Part shown: positions 28,503 to 43,500 of the stretch, in pieces
Layout of the letters: every line of letters starts with the position of its first letter
Numbering within the stretch: the stretch's first letter is position 1
NCBI GenBank assembly: GCA_963822585.1
Contig: CAWGIE010000031.1
Span: forward strand, 160,001-224,000
Source of the DNA: an uncultured bacterium
GTDB taxonomy: Bacteria; Auribacterota; Erginobacteria; Erginobacterales; Erginobacteraceae
Length of the DNA stretch: 64,000 nt
Reading direction: 5' to 3'
Made by a program: the position numbers and the translations under genes
The notes under the pieces: generated by a model
The model's input: only the letters and a program-made list of their open reading frames with translations
Databases searched by the model: none
What the model was told of the DNA's origin: nothing

Positions 28503-31500
28503 ATGCCTTCGTCATTGCCGAGCCGCGCAAAGATCAGAACGGCCATGCCGTTTCTGGCTCTGTCCTTCTTGCTGGCGCTGCTTCTTCCCGGGAGTGTCCA
28601 AAGCGGGATTAACCAGGGCTTCGACAACTTCGATACCGGCTACCGCCCGCCCGGGTGGATTTTCAACGGCTGTAATAACAATACTGATGTTTACACCACC
28701 GCCGGAAATTTCGGGATCGCCTCCCCCTCCATTAAGCTCGACCTTACCGCCGACGCCATCTGGACCGAGACCTTCACCACTAAAGATCGGCTGAGTTTCT
28801 GGATCAAGGGACAAGGTGTAGACACTTCCAGCTCCCTTCTGGTGGAAGAGTATTCGAGCCCAACCTGGACGGCAGTAACCACCATCAATCCCCTCCCGAA
28901 TAATTACGCGAAGACTATAGGTCCCCTTGTTCTGAGTTCCGTGAGTACAAGGGCCCGCTTTACCTATACTAAATCGGCTGGAAATCTCGCCTTCGACGAC
29001 GTATCGATTCAGGATACCCCCACACCCACACCAACCCCTACACTGACACCGACGCTGACCCCGACACCATCGGTCACTCCTACGCCCACGCCGTCGGTCA
29101 CGCCCACGCCCACGCCGTCGATCACACCCACGCCGTCGATCACGCCTACTCCCACGGCAATGACGCCCACGCCTACGCCTTCGATCACGCCCACGCCTAC
29201 GCCTTCAGTCACGCCGTCGATCACACCCACACCGAGTGTCACGCCTACTCCGTCGGTCACACCCACGCCAAGTGTCACGCCCACGCCGACGCCGTGCAAG
29301 ACACCCAGCGTTACGCCGACACCCCGCTCGTGGGACGGTGAGGGCTGGTGCCGGCGGCGGGAGGTCACCATCGACAGCGGGAAGATCGACGGAGAGCTTT
29401 CGCGCCTTCCCGTCCTGGTCCGTCTCACCTCGGGGATAAACTGGTCGCTCTTCAGCACAGCCGGCTCAGACCTCCGCTTCACCGACGCCGACGGTCAGTG
29501 GGAACTCCCCTACGAGATCGAGAGCTGGGAGGCGGGGGTGGAGGCGGATATCTGGGTCAATTGCGCCTTCAGCATTTTGAGCGACAGCGACACATCCTTC
29601 TGGATGTACTACGAGAACCCGACGGCGCTTGACGGTCAGGCCCCGACCGACGTCTGGGACGGGGACTTCCGCCTGGTCCAGCACCTCGGGGAGGACTGCG
29701 CTTCTGCCGGGTGCGTCCTCGACTCAACGGGCAACGGCAACGACGGTACCCCCTACCATGACCCGGACGTGACGAGTGTCTATACGTCTTCGGGTAGGAT
29801 AAACGGCGCCGGAGCGTTTGACGGTTCGGCCGATTTCGTCCAGGTCTCGGACAGCCCCAGCCTTGATCTTACTACCGGCCTGACCATGGAGGTGTGGCTG
29901 AAGCTGGCCATACATCCGACGAACTACATGTCGGTCGTTCAGAAAGTGAATACCGATGCCGACGCGAGCTATATGCTGTACATCTCGGCGGCGGATAAGT
30001 TCCGGCCGCACATCCGGACCTCGGGAAATGACTGGCGTTACGGGGATGTGGACTTTGCCGTCACGACCGGCGTCTGGCACCATTTCGCCTACACCTACGA
30101 GTCGACGGCGGGTGAGATGAAGGCGTACGTGAACGGGGCCGAACGCTCGATCGCCTTCGGGATCCATGAGCCCCAGCCGGGGGAGGAGATCCGGGTGGGG
30201 ACGGCGCCGATCCTGCTCGGCAAGGACACCAGGGCGAGTCTCTGGTTCAACGGCACCCTGGACGAGGTCCGGCTCTCGGCGATTCCCCGTTCGGCGGCGT
30301 GGTTGAAGGCCTCCTTCCACGCGGAGACGGGCGACCTGCTGAGCTTCGGTCCGGAGGAGAAACTCTGCACCACTCCTACTCCGACACCGTCGGTCACGCC
30401 CACGCCGTCGGTCACGCCCACGCCCACGCCGACGCCGACACCATCCGTCACGCCAACGCCGTCCGCGACGCCGACGCCCTGGTTCTGCACCCGGCTGGAC
30501 GAAGGTTTCGATGAGTTCGACAGCGGGACCCGACCGGATCCCCTCTGGATCTTCACCAACTGCAACGCGAACTCGGACACCTACACGACGGCGGGGGACT
30601 TCGGGCGCGGTTCTCCGTCGGTCAAATTAGATGGAAGCACGGACGTGATCGAGACTGCGGCGTTCGGGACCCCGGAATGGCTGCAGTTCTGGGTGAAGGG
30701 ACAGGGGGAGATGGGGACAAGCAGCCTCCTGGTACAGGAGAACTACGGGGTGTGGAACACGGTGACGACGGTAACCGGGCTGCTGACAACGGGCACAATA
30801 CTGGGGCCGCTGGCCCTCGATTCCCACACCACGGCCCTGCGCTTCAGCTATACTCAAGACACGGGGACATGGCCTTCAACGACGTGATGGTGAAGTGCCT
30901 CTTCTCACCAACACCAACACCACCACCAAGCGCAACACCGACGCCGACACCGACGCCAAGTGTGACCCCGACGCCAAGCATGACCGCGACGCCGACACCG
31001 ACGCCAGTGTGACCCCGACGCCGACTCCATCGTCGCGCCCACGCCTTCCATAACCCCGACTCCGGCCAGTTGGATTTACTGGGAGCCCTTTCCTTATGTT
31101 GACGGACCACCCAGGGATCCAGGAGCCCTCCTAAATGGACAAGAGACATCCCCGCTGCTGGAACATTCGCGGTATATGATAACTATATGCGGGCTAATAA
31201 TATAGACAGTGAAGTCAAATGGACCACGTTCACAATCGACATTTCCGGTTTCTATAATATCTGCCTGAACACGAAAATCGCCGAGACCGGCAGCATGGAA
31301 AGCACGGATTATATTAAAGGTTATTACACATTGGATGGCGGTTCGGAAATTCCCTGGTTCACTCACACCGGTGATCTGTCCCTGAATAATACCTGGTATG
31401 ACACGGAAGGCAGTTGCGAAAACCTGCCCGGGGGAAGCACGTTGATATTCACCATAAAAGTAGTAAACAACACCGCCGACGAATATTGGCGATTTCACGG

Positions 31501-34500
31501 CGTTTTCGTTGAAGGGCAGCCAAACACCTACGTTCCGTCCATCTCCATCACGGAAAGTATCCCTGCCTGGGAACAGAACAGCTGGGACATTTCCTATACC
31601 CTTGCCGACGACGATGGACAAAACTGCACTATTTACCCGGAGTACCGGGTGGGCGCCGGGGGCCTGGACAGCCACCAATATGTACGCCCCCTTCCGGCAG
31701 TTGCGATCGGCGCACCCGGCGGGCTAAAACCATAACCTCGCATAGGGAAAACGACTTAAATAATGATGAACAGGGAACATTCTATTTCCGGATACGGTGT
31801 CACGACGGCTGTGAATACGGCGATTACGGGTATCTGGGCGGAGGCGCCAACCCGGCTCCTCCTTCGGATCGACAACAAGGGTCCCACACCCCCGACGTCC
31901 CCACCTTCAGCGAGGTTACCACCGACGGGATGACCATCACCACCGGGGGGGGCTCCAATGCCGGGATCGCGATACACGGCGTCTATCTCCGTATTATTTT
32001 GAATGCACCACCAACCATCCTTCGACTCGCAACATGGGCAGGGACGTTCATACCCCTTCCAGGGATGAACGAAATACCCAATATACGTTCAAGGCCCGCG
32101 CCCGGGACAAGATGCCCATTCCCAACCTCTCCGACTGGTCGAGCGAGACCAGCCGGTACACGCTCCTCAATGCCTCCCGCGGACGGCGAGCTCTTCCTGG
32201 AAGCAATTAACTGGAACCAGATGAGCATGGCGGTGGCGCCTCCCCTGAACTCGAGCGACGGGAGCACCGCCGCCATGTTTTCCTGCGTCATCAACCCCGG
32301 CGGTGGCGGCGACAGCGGCTGGGTTGCCTACACGTGGAGGGACGACGATCTTTACGCCAACCGGCAGTACGGCTACCAGGTGAAATACCGGAACGTCGAC
32401 GGCATCGAGTCCGATTTCAACGCGACCACGGCTAAATACACGCTCGCCCAGACCGCTTCCAGTTCCGACAATGCGACCAGCGTTTACATCACCTGCGATC
32501 AAGCCTTCAGTACCTGGACCAATAATCATTCATTTGTCTTTACGAATAACGACGGCTTCGGAACACCGAACCCGGTGCAGTTTTTTAAGTACGAGTGGAA
32601 CACATCTACCTCAACCAACCCGTCATGGAGTTCCGACACCTGGATCAGCGGCAGCCTGGACAAGACCGCCGTCGCTTCCAGCAACACCCGCTACCTGCAC
32701 CTGAGGAGCTACAATTACGAGAACAATCCGACCAGCGAGGTCGCCCACATCGGGCCCTTCTGGTACGATGGAGATGCCCCCACCAACAACGGCCTTTACT
32801 GGCCGGCGGACGAGGCCGTCGGCGTCAGCACCACCCCCGACCTGCAATGGAACGACGCGACCGATGCCCATAGCGGCGTGCAGTCTTACTTCCTGGAACT
32901 CGACGATGATGACGATTTAGACGGCCAGGACTCCGGCTACCGGGACTCAAACTGGCAGGCCGACACCCATTACCAGTTCGCGTCCCTGCTCTCTCGTCGC
33001 CAGCACCACCACTACTGGCAGGTGAAGTCCGCGATAACGCCGGCGATGGAATCGCCTGGTCGGATGTCTCGAGGATGCACGACCCCCGCCGGAGTACGTC
33101 GTCGACCAGGTCTGCCCCTGGTCCCGATCCGAGGGGGCATTTCAGGTGCTGCTACCGTCCGGGCGGACCAATGGAGTCTCTCACGGGCTGGGAGTGAGCG
33201 TCCATCCAACGGCTATACCTTCACGACCAGGACATCCTCCGCGGCCAGCGGGGTTTCATGGTGGGGGGGGCGGAATGGGTGAACGACGTCCATTACCGAC
33301 GCCCTGTGGAACAATTAGTAGATGCCTACGAACAGCTATACAGGCAGCTCCTTCGTTCGCCTCCTCAACAACGCCCGAGCCGGGGAAAAGACGCCCTCGG
33401 CTGGGGGACAGGCAACAACCCTAATATCTACGAGGGGACCCCGCCGGAAGCTACACCGGCAGGGAAGGTCTGGTCGCGGATGGATCACGGCCCATTCCGG
33501 CGACAACTATGACGACTTCGATTTGCTTGAGCCCAGGATCCGGAGAATTCCGTCATCCTAACTGAAACCGAGGGAACGATTGTGCGGACGGCGACCTGCC
33601 CCGTTTTTGATGGCCTAACCACGGGCTGGGATGAACCATCCTGGTCCAGTTTCTACGACCGCGTTGATGAGATCCCTTATCATCGATAGCGATAACATCC
33701 AGAGTTCCGATGACGGCGTTGAAGATTTTCATCAGGTTCTTCTTCGGCGATCCCGTGCTGACGGCTAACCAATGGAGGAAAAAAGTACTCGTGGCCGTTC
33801 ACGCCCGGGGAAGAACCGAAGGGCAGACACAGGATTACCGGGAGTTCGGTTGGCTTACCGACTTCAACTAGGCGACGAGGGAAGATCGGGTCTGGACCTT
33901 ATCCACGGCTGTGAGCAGCACCGGGGACCTGATGGGAAAGGGGCGCCGGCGGTGTCTGTCTCTCTCGGCGGAACTGGTGAACATGGGGCTGACCCTCGCC
34001 CGAGTTCCAGAAAAGGTTCGGACGGGGACTGGAAGCGGATAACGCAACTCTACGCCGTTATTCACTCACTGAACCCACACCAGCCATCACCACGACCCAA
34101 CCCCCAACTGCGGGATTTTCGATGAAGGATGGACAACTTCCACCTGGGGGAGACGTTGCCACCAGCTGGACTTTCTCGGCTGCAACAACAACAACAACAC
34201 TTACATTCATGCCAGCAGGAGATGCATGGAGTATCTTCCCTAGGATTGAACTTCGACGTCCGGGGAGATGAGTGGAAACACCCAGTTCTCACGACCCGGC
34301 AACCTCTACGTTCTGGCTTAGAGCAATCCGTCAACGCGAACAGCTATTTTCCTCCTCCAGTAGTATTACACCACCACCTAGCACATCCCTCACCGAAATC
34401 TATGACTCCCCCAGATCGAAACAATCTCGGCCCCTTCAGTCTAGACATCAACCCAGCCCAGCTACAGACTCAGTGGAAGAAGAGCATCAGAAACGTGCGT

Positions 34501-37500
34501 TCAGCAGCGTCTGCCTCTGCCTGGGACCCGGTTCGCCGACACCAGTTCAAAGCCCCTCAAAAAGCGCTACCCGGTCCCGACCACCTCCCCCACCCCTCCG
34601 AGCGGGATGACGCCGCCGCCGAGCCCGGGATCACGACGCCGACGCCAGCGGGACCCCACTCCTCTGACCCGACAGCCAGTTCCTCCTCCCTCGCCGACGC
34701 CAACTGCATCGATGACCTCTCCGGCGGTTTCGTCGCCGGGTCCGGCTCGCCCAAAATATCGCTACAGAACATCAACTCTGTCGACGCCTCCGGCACAGTC
34801 CTCGTCCGCTCACCTCGCCGAGGTGAGCTCCAGAAATATGGGGCCTTTTCAGCCCTCGCGGCCTGCGGATGAAAGACGTCGGCTCCTGGTCAGAGTGACC
34901 CCCGGTCAACAACCCCAACTTGCTCCGCCTTCATGTACCGCCTCAGCTCGTCAGGCAGCAGTAACAAGAACAAGGTCCAGGTTCAGCAGACGTCAACGGG
35001 ACCTGGACAACACTAGCACCGAAGTCACCGTCAGCGGGTTTGGCAGCCTCTAACCGAATGCTCCTACATCCCCATCGACCTCTGCGACCAGGTGTCATTG
35101 CAGTTCCGCTTCTACGTCTCGCCAAGCCGTACACCCCGATCATCGATTACATCGACATCTCTTCCGATCTGACACCACCCCGACCCACGAGCGCGTCCCC
35201 AAGCCCGATGCACACCAGGAGGCACGACGCCCATCCCCACCGCGACCCCGTTGGAAAGCCCAGTCGCCGAGCACCGTCGGTAACCCCGTCACCGATCACG
35301 CCGACGCCGACGGTGACTCCTGCCCGCACGCCGATCACCCCGTCCCCGACTCTTCCCCCCATCCGGAGCTGGTCATGGGCCCAGGCCTCTGGGGCCACGA
35401 GTACGAGCTCTGTCATGCTCTACAACCCCACCGCCAGCGATGTCAGCCTGGGGAGCCTGGGCATATCCCTGAACAGCCAGAACAGCTACAAAGGGCAAGA
35501 GCTACCTCTTCTCTCCCTGCGACGTCATCCCGGCTGGGGGATACTACCTGGTCTCCACTACGAACTACCCGGTGGCGGTGGTCTTTCAACCAGGCGACCG
35601 CCGATTCCGTCGTCTCGATTGGATCATTCCCAACAGCGGAGCGGGCAAGTCCTCGGTCACCGCCTCGACCACGAGGACGGCAAGGGAGACACCCTAGGCT
35701 CGGGATCAAAAGCCCTCTTCTATGAGGAAACGCCCGCTTACGGCGGGTTGACCAAGCCATTGGCCTGGTTCATGAGAAACCCACGTCGATACCGATAACA
35801 ACCTGGCCAACTTCAGCCAGCAGACGCGCGTCCCGTCCGTTCCCCGGGACGTCGGCGTCTGGTACTCCCAGACCCTGTCGCCCGTCGAAGATCTCCAGCC
35901 GCCATCCTCCTACGCCCAGGACTGGGTCATGAACGGCGGCGACAGACATTCTTCCAGACCGTCCGACAGGGATACGACCCGATGGATCTCGGTCATTCAC
36001 TCTTCAGACACCGGCCAGATCGAGTAGCAAGGGTTACACTAAGGGGCGGAGCTCCTGGTACCGGCTGGCCGCCTTCACGGACAGCCCAGTCTCGACGACC
36101 TTGATTACATCCACTGCTGGGGGAGGATCTCACCCAAGCTGGTGGCCTGGGGCGTACAGTCCGGGGACATCGGCCTCCCACGTATGGCTCAAATCACGGC
36201 GCCACCGCTTGGGCAAGGACGTTGCAGAACCCAAGAGCATGGGGATCGTGGACGATATTCCAGTCTGGACATTCGACCCCGACAATGGCTATCCCTGGAA
36301 CATCAGGCTGGAGGACGACCCCGGTGCGGCAGGACCTCCAGATCAGATCGAGAACAGCAGCAAGGATGTCAACAAAGCTCTGACTCAGTTCTCCGCTTCT
36401 TCGTCTGGTACACCGGCAAACCACCGCCGCCGACGCCCCCTCCCATCACCTCCCCCTTCCGCCGCCCACGCCCCGTTCGGTTACAAGACCCAGGCGCCGA
36501 GCCCAACGACGCCTCCAGCCCCCCACAGTACGTACCCGCCCGGAGCCCCACCGTGCAAACAGTCATTTGAACTGGAGGTGGGCGGTAATTACGTGGCCGC
36601 TCTCGACAAAGTCGGGACCGCGGCCAAAATCGACTGGTCGAAGACTCGGCCATTGACGGTGTCAGGTCCTGCGTGTTCGTCGATCCCACCGCCACTTATT
36701 TCCGGCCGGGGCATGGGACCTATTTCGTCAGCGTTGACGGCGGCTCTTGCTATAACATCTCAGCTGGTCTACCGCTGCAGGCTGATGAGAGGCGCCGGGG
36801 CCGTGGACGACACCCACTTTCGGTTCCGGGTTGAATGGTGGGACGGCGAATACGGTTCGTCATCTTATGCAGGGCAACACCGGCTGGCCCCCTTTCATCA
36901 CGGATACCTGGGAAGAGACGCGTTATCCAAATATCATCTCCCCCAAAACGCGGCGGTCGCCACATTTTTGATCGAGTGTAATGAGAGCTACGGTAACAAC
37001 GCCTACGTCAACGATTTCAACTTTTATGAACAGGTAGAGCCGGCATTGTTATCGACGAAGTGGCTTCAATATCACCAGCGGCGACTGGGTTGAACTCTAC
37101 GTCAAATCCGCTCCCCGGGGGGATAAACATCCAGAACTGGACCCACGACGATCAGGACGGCAGTACCCCGTCTTCGCCGCCGAAACGGCATCCTGAGTTC
37201 GACGACTATGTCGTCGTCCACTTCACGGACGGCGTTGACGATACCGACGCGACGGGCAAGAGCAACGGCTATTACTGGAACATTTACGTCGGCAGCGCGA
37301 GGGAAACCCAACGCCACCGATGAAGGCCTCGCCCTAAACCGGCCCACGTCTCGGATGTCGACGCCGTCTTCGGTTGATGCCAACGGCACTCCCTCAACCG
37401 AGGTGGACGAGTTCGACGAGATCGCTCCCTGCCAGTGGGTACCAACTCCGCCGCCGATGCCTGTCGAAGCGGCGGCCTGGACCGACAGCACTACCATCGG

Positions 37501-40500
37501 CGCCAGCGATTCATCGGCCGGGACGGCAATTCCACCGACAGCAACACCAAGAGCGACTGGCACGAAAACGACAATCCCAACCCGGGCGAAGACAACGAAC
37601 CGCGCAAGTCCTGCATCCTCTGCTGTTAAGATGACACTTATGATACCCGCACCACCCAGATTCTAGCGGGGAATCGACCAACCAGACGGTGGTCACCTTC
37701 ACCTGGAACGATCCTCGTCCCCCAGCGAGGACACCTTTTATTACGAAATCGACTTCAGCGATCAGACCGGCTCCGTCGGCCCTGACGATGACAATACCGC
37801 CGACCCCTACCTTGATGGATTCGATTTCACCTCCCTCGGCGATGAAGGAACGTATTACTTCCACTGCGCCTCCCTCACCGGCTGGGGGAAGACAGGCCCC
37901 GAATATCTCTACCGTCTTCGCTATGACTCCTACCCGCCGTTCGCGGTCTCCGGTCTGACCAGCTCCTCGCACACCGCGGGGACCTGGAACGACACTACTG
38001 ACCAGATCACGCTCACCTGGACCGACGCCGCCGACGATACCGGTCATACCGCCAATGATGTTTCCGGCGTTGCCGGCTACTATTACCGTTTGAATCAGGA
38101 AGCGAGCTACCTGCCCGACACCGAGGATTCCTTCATGAGCTTCGGTGACCAGTCCTGTGTGATGGAGACCGGCGACGGGGCCTGGTACTTCCACATCCGG
38201 TGGATCGACAACGCCGGCAATATTGACGATGAAGCGCCACCGTCGGTCCGATCAAGGTCGACGCCCCCGCCACCGCCGGGAAGTTCCTGCGGGTCAATTA
38301 TCTCCAGTACGTCCCCGCGGGAAAAAGCACCAACCACGGCGACTGCATGCTCTATGAGCTGCCGGGGGGCAAGAACCTCCTGATCGATGGGGGCACCACC
38401 TGGTACTCCACCTGGCTGAACCCGCCCCTGCGGACGCTCCTGGACGAGAAGCTGGGCGGCGCCGGCGGAACGCTCGATTACATGATCCTGACCACCCCCG
38501 GCGACGACTCCGGCGGCGGCCTCGAAGAAGTGCTCGGCCGCTACGACGTGGACAATTACTACGAGACTTCCCGCTGGAATCAGACGACCGCCGCCTGGTA
38601 CCAGGACCTCTGGTCCGCCCTCGACGGCGAACCCAGCCTCAACATCTATTACTTCGTGACCGGGTTTAACGCCCACACCGCCGGCCTCCAGCTCAGCCCG
38701 GCCGCCGGCGCCGAGATCGGACCTGGCTGGGACGACGACGTCGACGCCACCCTGGTCACCGCCTGGGACCAGCAGAGCGACTCCAACGCCCGTTCCGCCG
38801 TCATCCGGATGGCGGTGGGGTCAAGCAGCTTCCTCTGCGGCGGCGATGCCACCGGCTCCCAATCCCAGTCTTCCAATGGCACCGACACCCCCAACAGCAC
38901 CTACTATCCCGAGTACTACGCCCGGACCTACCGCCCGGACGACATCAACGTGGACATCCTGGCCCTCAACCACCAGGGTTCCGATACGTACGGCAGCAAC
39001 GGGATCAATTTCATCAAACGGGCCTCCCCGCTCTACGGCATCATCCAGATCGGCTACGGAAGCTCGGGGCCCAACCCCGTGGGCGAGGTGATGGACCGCC
39101 TCACCGATGCTTCCGCCATCGTCTATCGAAACGACCTTGACGGCACCGTGATCGTGAAATCCGACAACCGCGGGAATTATGACATTACCCGCGCCCGGGT
39201 TTACGTGGATGAAGGCAGCACCCCCGGCGCGGTCGCCGGTTCCGACCTCGTCAATCCTCCTCCCGGACTCCCGACGGAACTTATTATCGACAGCACCGCC
39301 GCCGATTCCATCACCCTGAACTGGCAGGTTGCTTGGGGCGAGAATACCGACGACATTTCCTATGACATCTTCCGTTCCGACACCAGCGGCGGCTGGACGG
39401 GCGGCGGCACCGACGCCAACCCGCGTTCCGCCTACACCGGCATCTACAAGAAGATCGGTTCGACCGCGGCCGGAGCGCTCACCTTTACCGACAGCGGACT
39501 GGAAGGCGGACTTCGCCAGCACCCGCTTCTATTACCGGATTTCGGCTAAAAAGACTTATAACGAAAGCGGTGAATATGTCACCTACGAGCGTCGTTATTC
39601 CAACGAGTCGGCGGCAACCGCCGGCGAAGCGATTGACGTTACCGCCCCGGAAGGGATCGCCGATCTCTCGGCGAGCGGGGGCATGGCATTCGGGGATATC
39701 AATCTTTCTTTCACCGCCCCGCACGAAGACGGCGCCGGCGGCGGGAAGTGCATGTACTATGTTATCAAGTCCAAGGCTGATACCGACTTCTCCGCCTGGA
39801 CCGACCCCGCCGCTTCGGTTTACGTCCAGACCTGGGCTCCGCAGGCTCCGGGCGCTTCCGAGAGCCTGAATCTGGAAGATTTTACCCAGGGGACAACCTA
39901 TTATTTCGCGATCAAGGCCTACGATGAATACGGAAACGAAAGCCCGCTGTCCAACACGGCTTCTGTCGAGCCGCGCACGCTCAGCGCCGGGGACGTGGTG
40001 ATCAATGAGATCGCCTGGAAAGGTTCCAAGGATTACGGCCCGGGAGACCCTGCGACCGACGAGTATATCGAGCTTTTTAACACCACCGCCGGTCCCATCG
40101 ATCTCGCCGGCTGGGCCATGAATTTCGCCGGGGGAACTACCGTATCTTTCGAAGAGGGGACCGGAGATGCCTACGTCGGCAGCATCAGCGATTCGGTCAT
40201 CGGGGCCCACGGGTATTTCCTGATCGAGAACGACAGTGATTCCACCAATGTCGCCCCCAATATAACCGATGCCGGGATGGACATAGCGGACGGCGGCCAG
40301 AACCTCTATCTCTGGGCAAGCTCCGAATATGGCTCCCTGCTGATCGACTACGTGAGTTGCGGCAGCGGCTGGTACGCGGGGACCGATGCGCCCGACCGCA
40401 ATACCATGGAAAGGATCTGGCCCGGGAACGACAGCAACGAGACCACCAACTGGGCCGACTATAGCGTGGACGATACCTTCGGGGACTATTGGCATAATCA

Positions 40501-43500
40501 GATTACGACCCAATATATCTACGGAACGCCGGGGAATCCGAACAGCGTCCTCAACGAGCCCCCGGAGGCGCGGATAACCGTTGACCCCGTTCCCACCTGG
40601 GTCCAGGGGACCTGGGCCGTCTCCTACCGCCTCCGGGACGCCGACGGGGACAGTTGCGACATCGATGCCGAGTTCTCCACCGACGGTTCGACCTGGGTGG
40701 ACGCCAGCCGGAGCGGGACCGAGGGAGATCCTCTCACCGGTCTTCCCACCAACACCGACGGCGTCTCCTGGACCGACTATACCTTCGTCTGGAATACCGA
40801 CGCTCCCGCCGACCTGAACAACGATGAAGACGCGACCGTCTACTTCCGGATCAGGCCCTACAACTTCGCCGGCGGCACCGTGAATTTCATGGGAGACACG
40901 GACGCGGCTCCGGGCACCGTGTTCGGCGTCGATAACAAGGGCCCGAGCACGCCCGTACCCTCCATCATCGACGTCGCCGCCGACGGAATGACCGTTTTTC
41001 TCTCCAGTGAGAGTACTGACGGCGGCATCGGACTGAACACCGATCCCTATTACTTCGAGTGTACCACCGACGGCGCCTTCGACCGGACCTGGGGAGATCA
41101 GACCCACGACGCCGCCGGGCTGTCGGAGAATACCCAGTACGCCTTCCGATCGCGGGCGCGGGACGCCATGCCCATTCCCAACCTCTCCGACTGGTCGAGC
41201 GAGACCAGCCGGTACACGCTCCTCAATCCTCCCGCGGACGGCGAGCTCTTCCTGGAAGCAATTAACTGGAACCAGATGAGCATGGCGGTGGCGCCTCCTC
41301 CCAACCCCGCCATCGGCAGCACCGCCTGGCAGTTCCTGACCGGAGACACCAATCCGGGGGGAGCGAACAGCAGCGGATGGCAGACCGATCCCAATTACGA
41401 TCGGATAGACGAAGATCTCCTTCCCAACCGCCAATATGGCTGGAAGGTACGATACCGGAATGCCGAAGGCGTAAATACCGAACCCAACCCCAATGAACAG
41501 CTTAAATACACCCTGGCCCAGCCTCCTTCCAACTTCAACAACTCCACCACTGTTTACGTCACCTGCGACCATTCCTTCAGCACCTGTACCGAAAACCCCA
41601 CCTTCATCTTCACCAATGAAGATGGTTTCGGCACCCCGAACCCGGTGGAATACTTCGAATGGACCTGGGATACGGATGCTTCCACCGACCCCACCGGCAG
41701 CTCGCAGTTCTGGACCACGGGATTCCTGACCCAGACCGCCACTCATGAGGACGTCGGCTGGTATCTCCATCTTAAGAGTTACAACCCCGACAGTGCCGGT
41801 CACCCCACTCTTTATCACATGGGCCCCTTCTGTTACATGCCCGTGCCCGGCGATGGGGACCTGGTCATCAACGAGATTGCCTGGATGGGCACGGCGGCAT
41901 CTTCCAATGATGAGTGGATTGAGCTTTACAATACGACAGACGCCCCTCTTTATTTAGGCGGATGCAAAATCTATGGAGGGCCGACCGGGGCAATCGAAGT
42001 GATTGAGATCGGCGGGACGGTGGCGGCCTCCGGCTATTATCTGGTCGAGCGGACCAATGACAATCCGGTCAGCGACTTCAACGCCGATACATACGGCACT
42101 TTCGGCGGGAGTGGACTTGCCAATGATGGAGAATGGCTGCTTCTGAAAAATGCCGACGGTGATACGGTGGATTCCGTCGATTGCAGCGGTGGCTGGTTCG
42201 CCGGATGCACCGGTTATTATTACCGGACCATGGAGAGATTCGATCCTGCCGTAAGCGGCAGCTCCAGTGCTAACTGGCACCCCCATAACTTCAGCACCGA
42301 CGGCGTCGGCAAGGATGCCGATAATAATGAGATCTACGGTACTCCGCGCGCCGCCAACAGCACCCCCTGGACCAACGCCGCCCCCACCACCCTGGCCGCG
42401 TATATCACCGGAGTCCCTGAAATGATGGAGTCCGGCCAGGAGTATGAGATCAGCTGCACTTTCTCTGACGATAACGGCTTCCAGGACTTCGGCGATTGCG
42501 AACTCCTGCTGGATAACGGAGACCACGATATCCGGATGCCCACTGATTCCCCCTATCTCACCGGTGAAGTACGCTCCGTTTACTGCAGCGAAGGCGGGAG
42601 CTACCTCATCAGCCCGGGGGCCGGCAACGCTCAGTATCAGGTCACCGTCACTTCGGGAACGGCGCTGGACACCGGCGGATCCAGCGAGGGCTCCGTCACC
42701 GTCAAGTGGACATTCACGCCCGACTGGGACTGGACCGAATCCACCGATATTCTGGTCACGGTCAATGCCTGTGACGCCGATATGGAATGCACCGGAAGCT
42801 TCACCGCCGACACCCACCCGGCCTTTTACTTCGATGCCACCAATCCCAACATCATCGGCATAACCTCCGACAGTACTCACGTGGTTGATGGAGTTGTTCG
42901 CTCTCCCGCCGCCGGCACCGCTTTCGTCACTTTCACCGTAACCGAAACAGGCTCGGAATTCGACGAGGGCGGCGGCCTGACCCTCCATTATCTCTCCAAC
43001 GGCGATATCGGCAGCGGCGCCATCGCCATGAACCAGAACGGCACTTCTTCCCCCTGGACATTCACCAGCGCCTCATCCATCCCGGTGCAGAATGCCACCC
43101 AGGACCAGATTATCACCTTCTGGGCCACCGGTTCCGACGATATGGGCAATATCCTCACTTCTTCCCTGAGCAATCCCAGTTATCTGTCCGACGATACCGC
43201 CTACTTTTTCGTCGATGTGGTCGGCTACGGCGACGTGGTGATCAACGAGATCGCCTGGATGGGGACCGATGGCGGCGGTTCTTCCGACGAGTGGGTCGAA
43301 CTCTACAACAATTCCAACGTGACCGTGAACCTGAACGGGTGGCAGTTCTACGACGGGAATACACTGACCTTCGGTTCCGGCGACACGATCGCCCCCAAGG
43401 GATACTTCCTGATCGAGAACGACCAGGCTACCACTTCCGTCACCGGCGACAAGCTCTGGGCGACCCTGAGCCTCCACGACGACGGCGAGCTTATCTACCT

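Noticed and set aside
29015..31030. Pro/Thr tandem DNA repeats as non-coding VNTRs
   Set aside because: In-frame low-complexity linkers with synonymous variation.
33000..37700. Many mid-size Pro/Ser/Arg-rich ORFs (e.g. 34129..34872, 35040..35798, 36101..37093) as novel genes
   Set aside because: Chimeric frames from indel-dense sequence of the giant gene.
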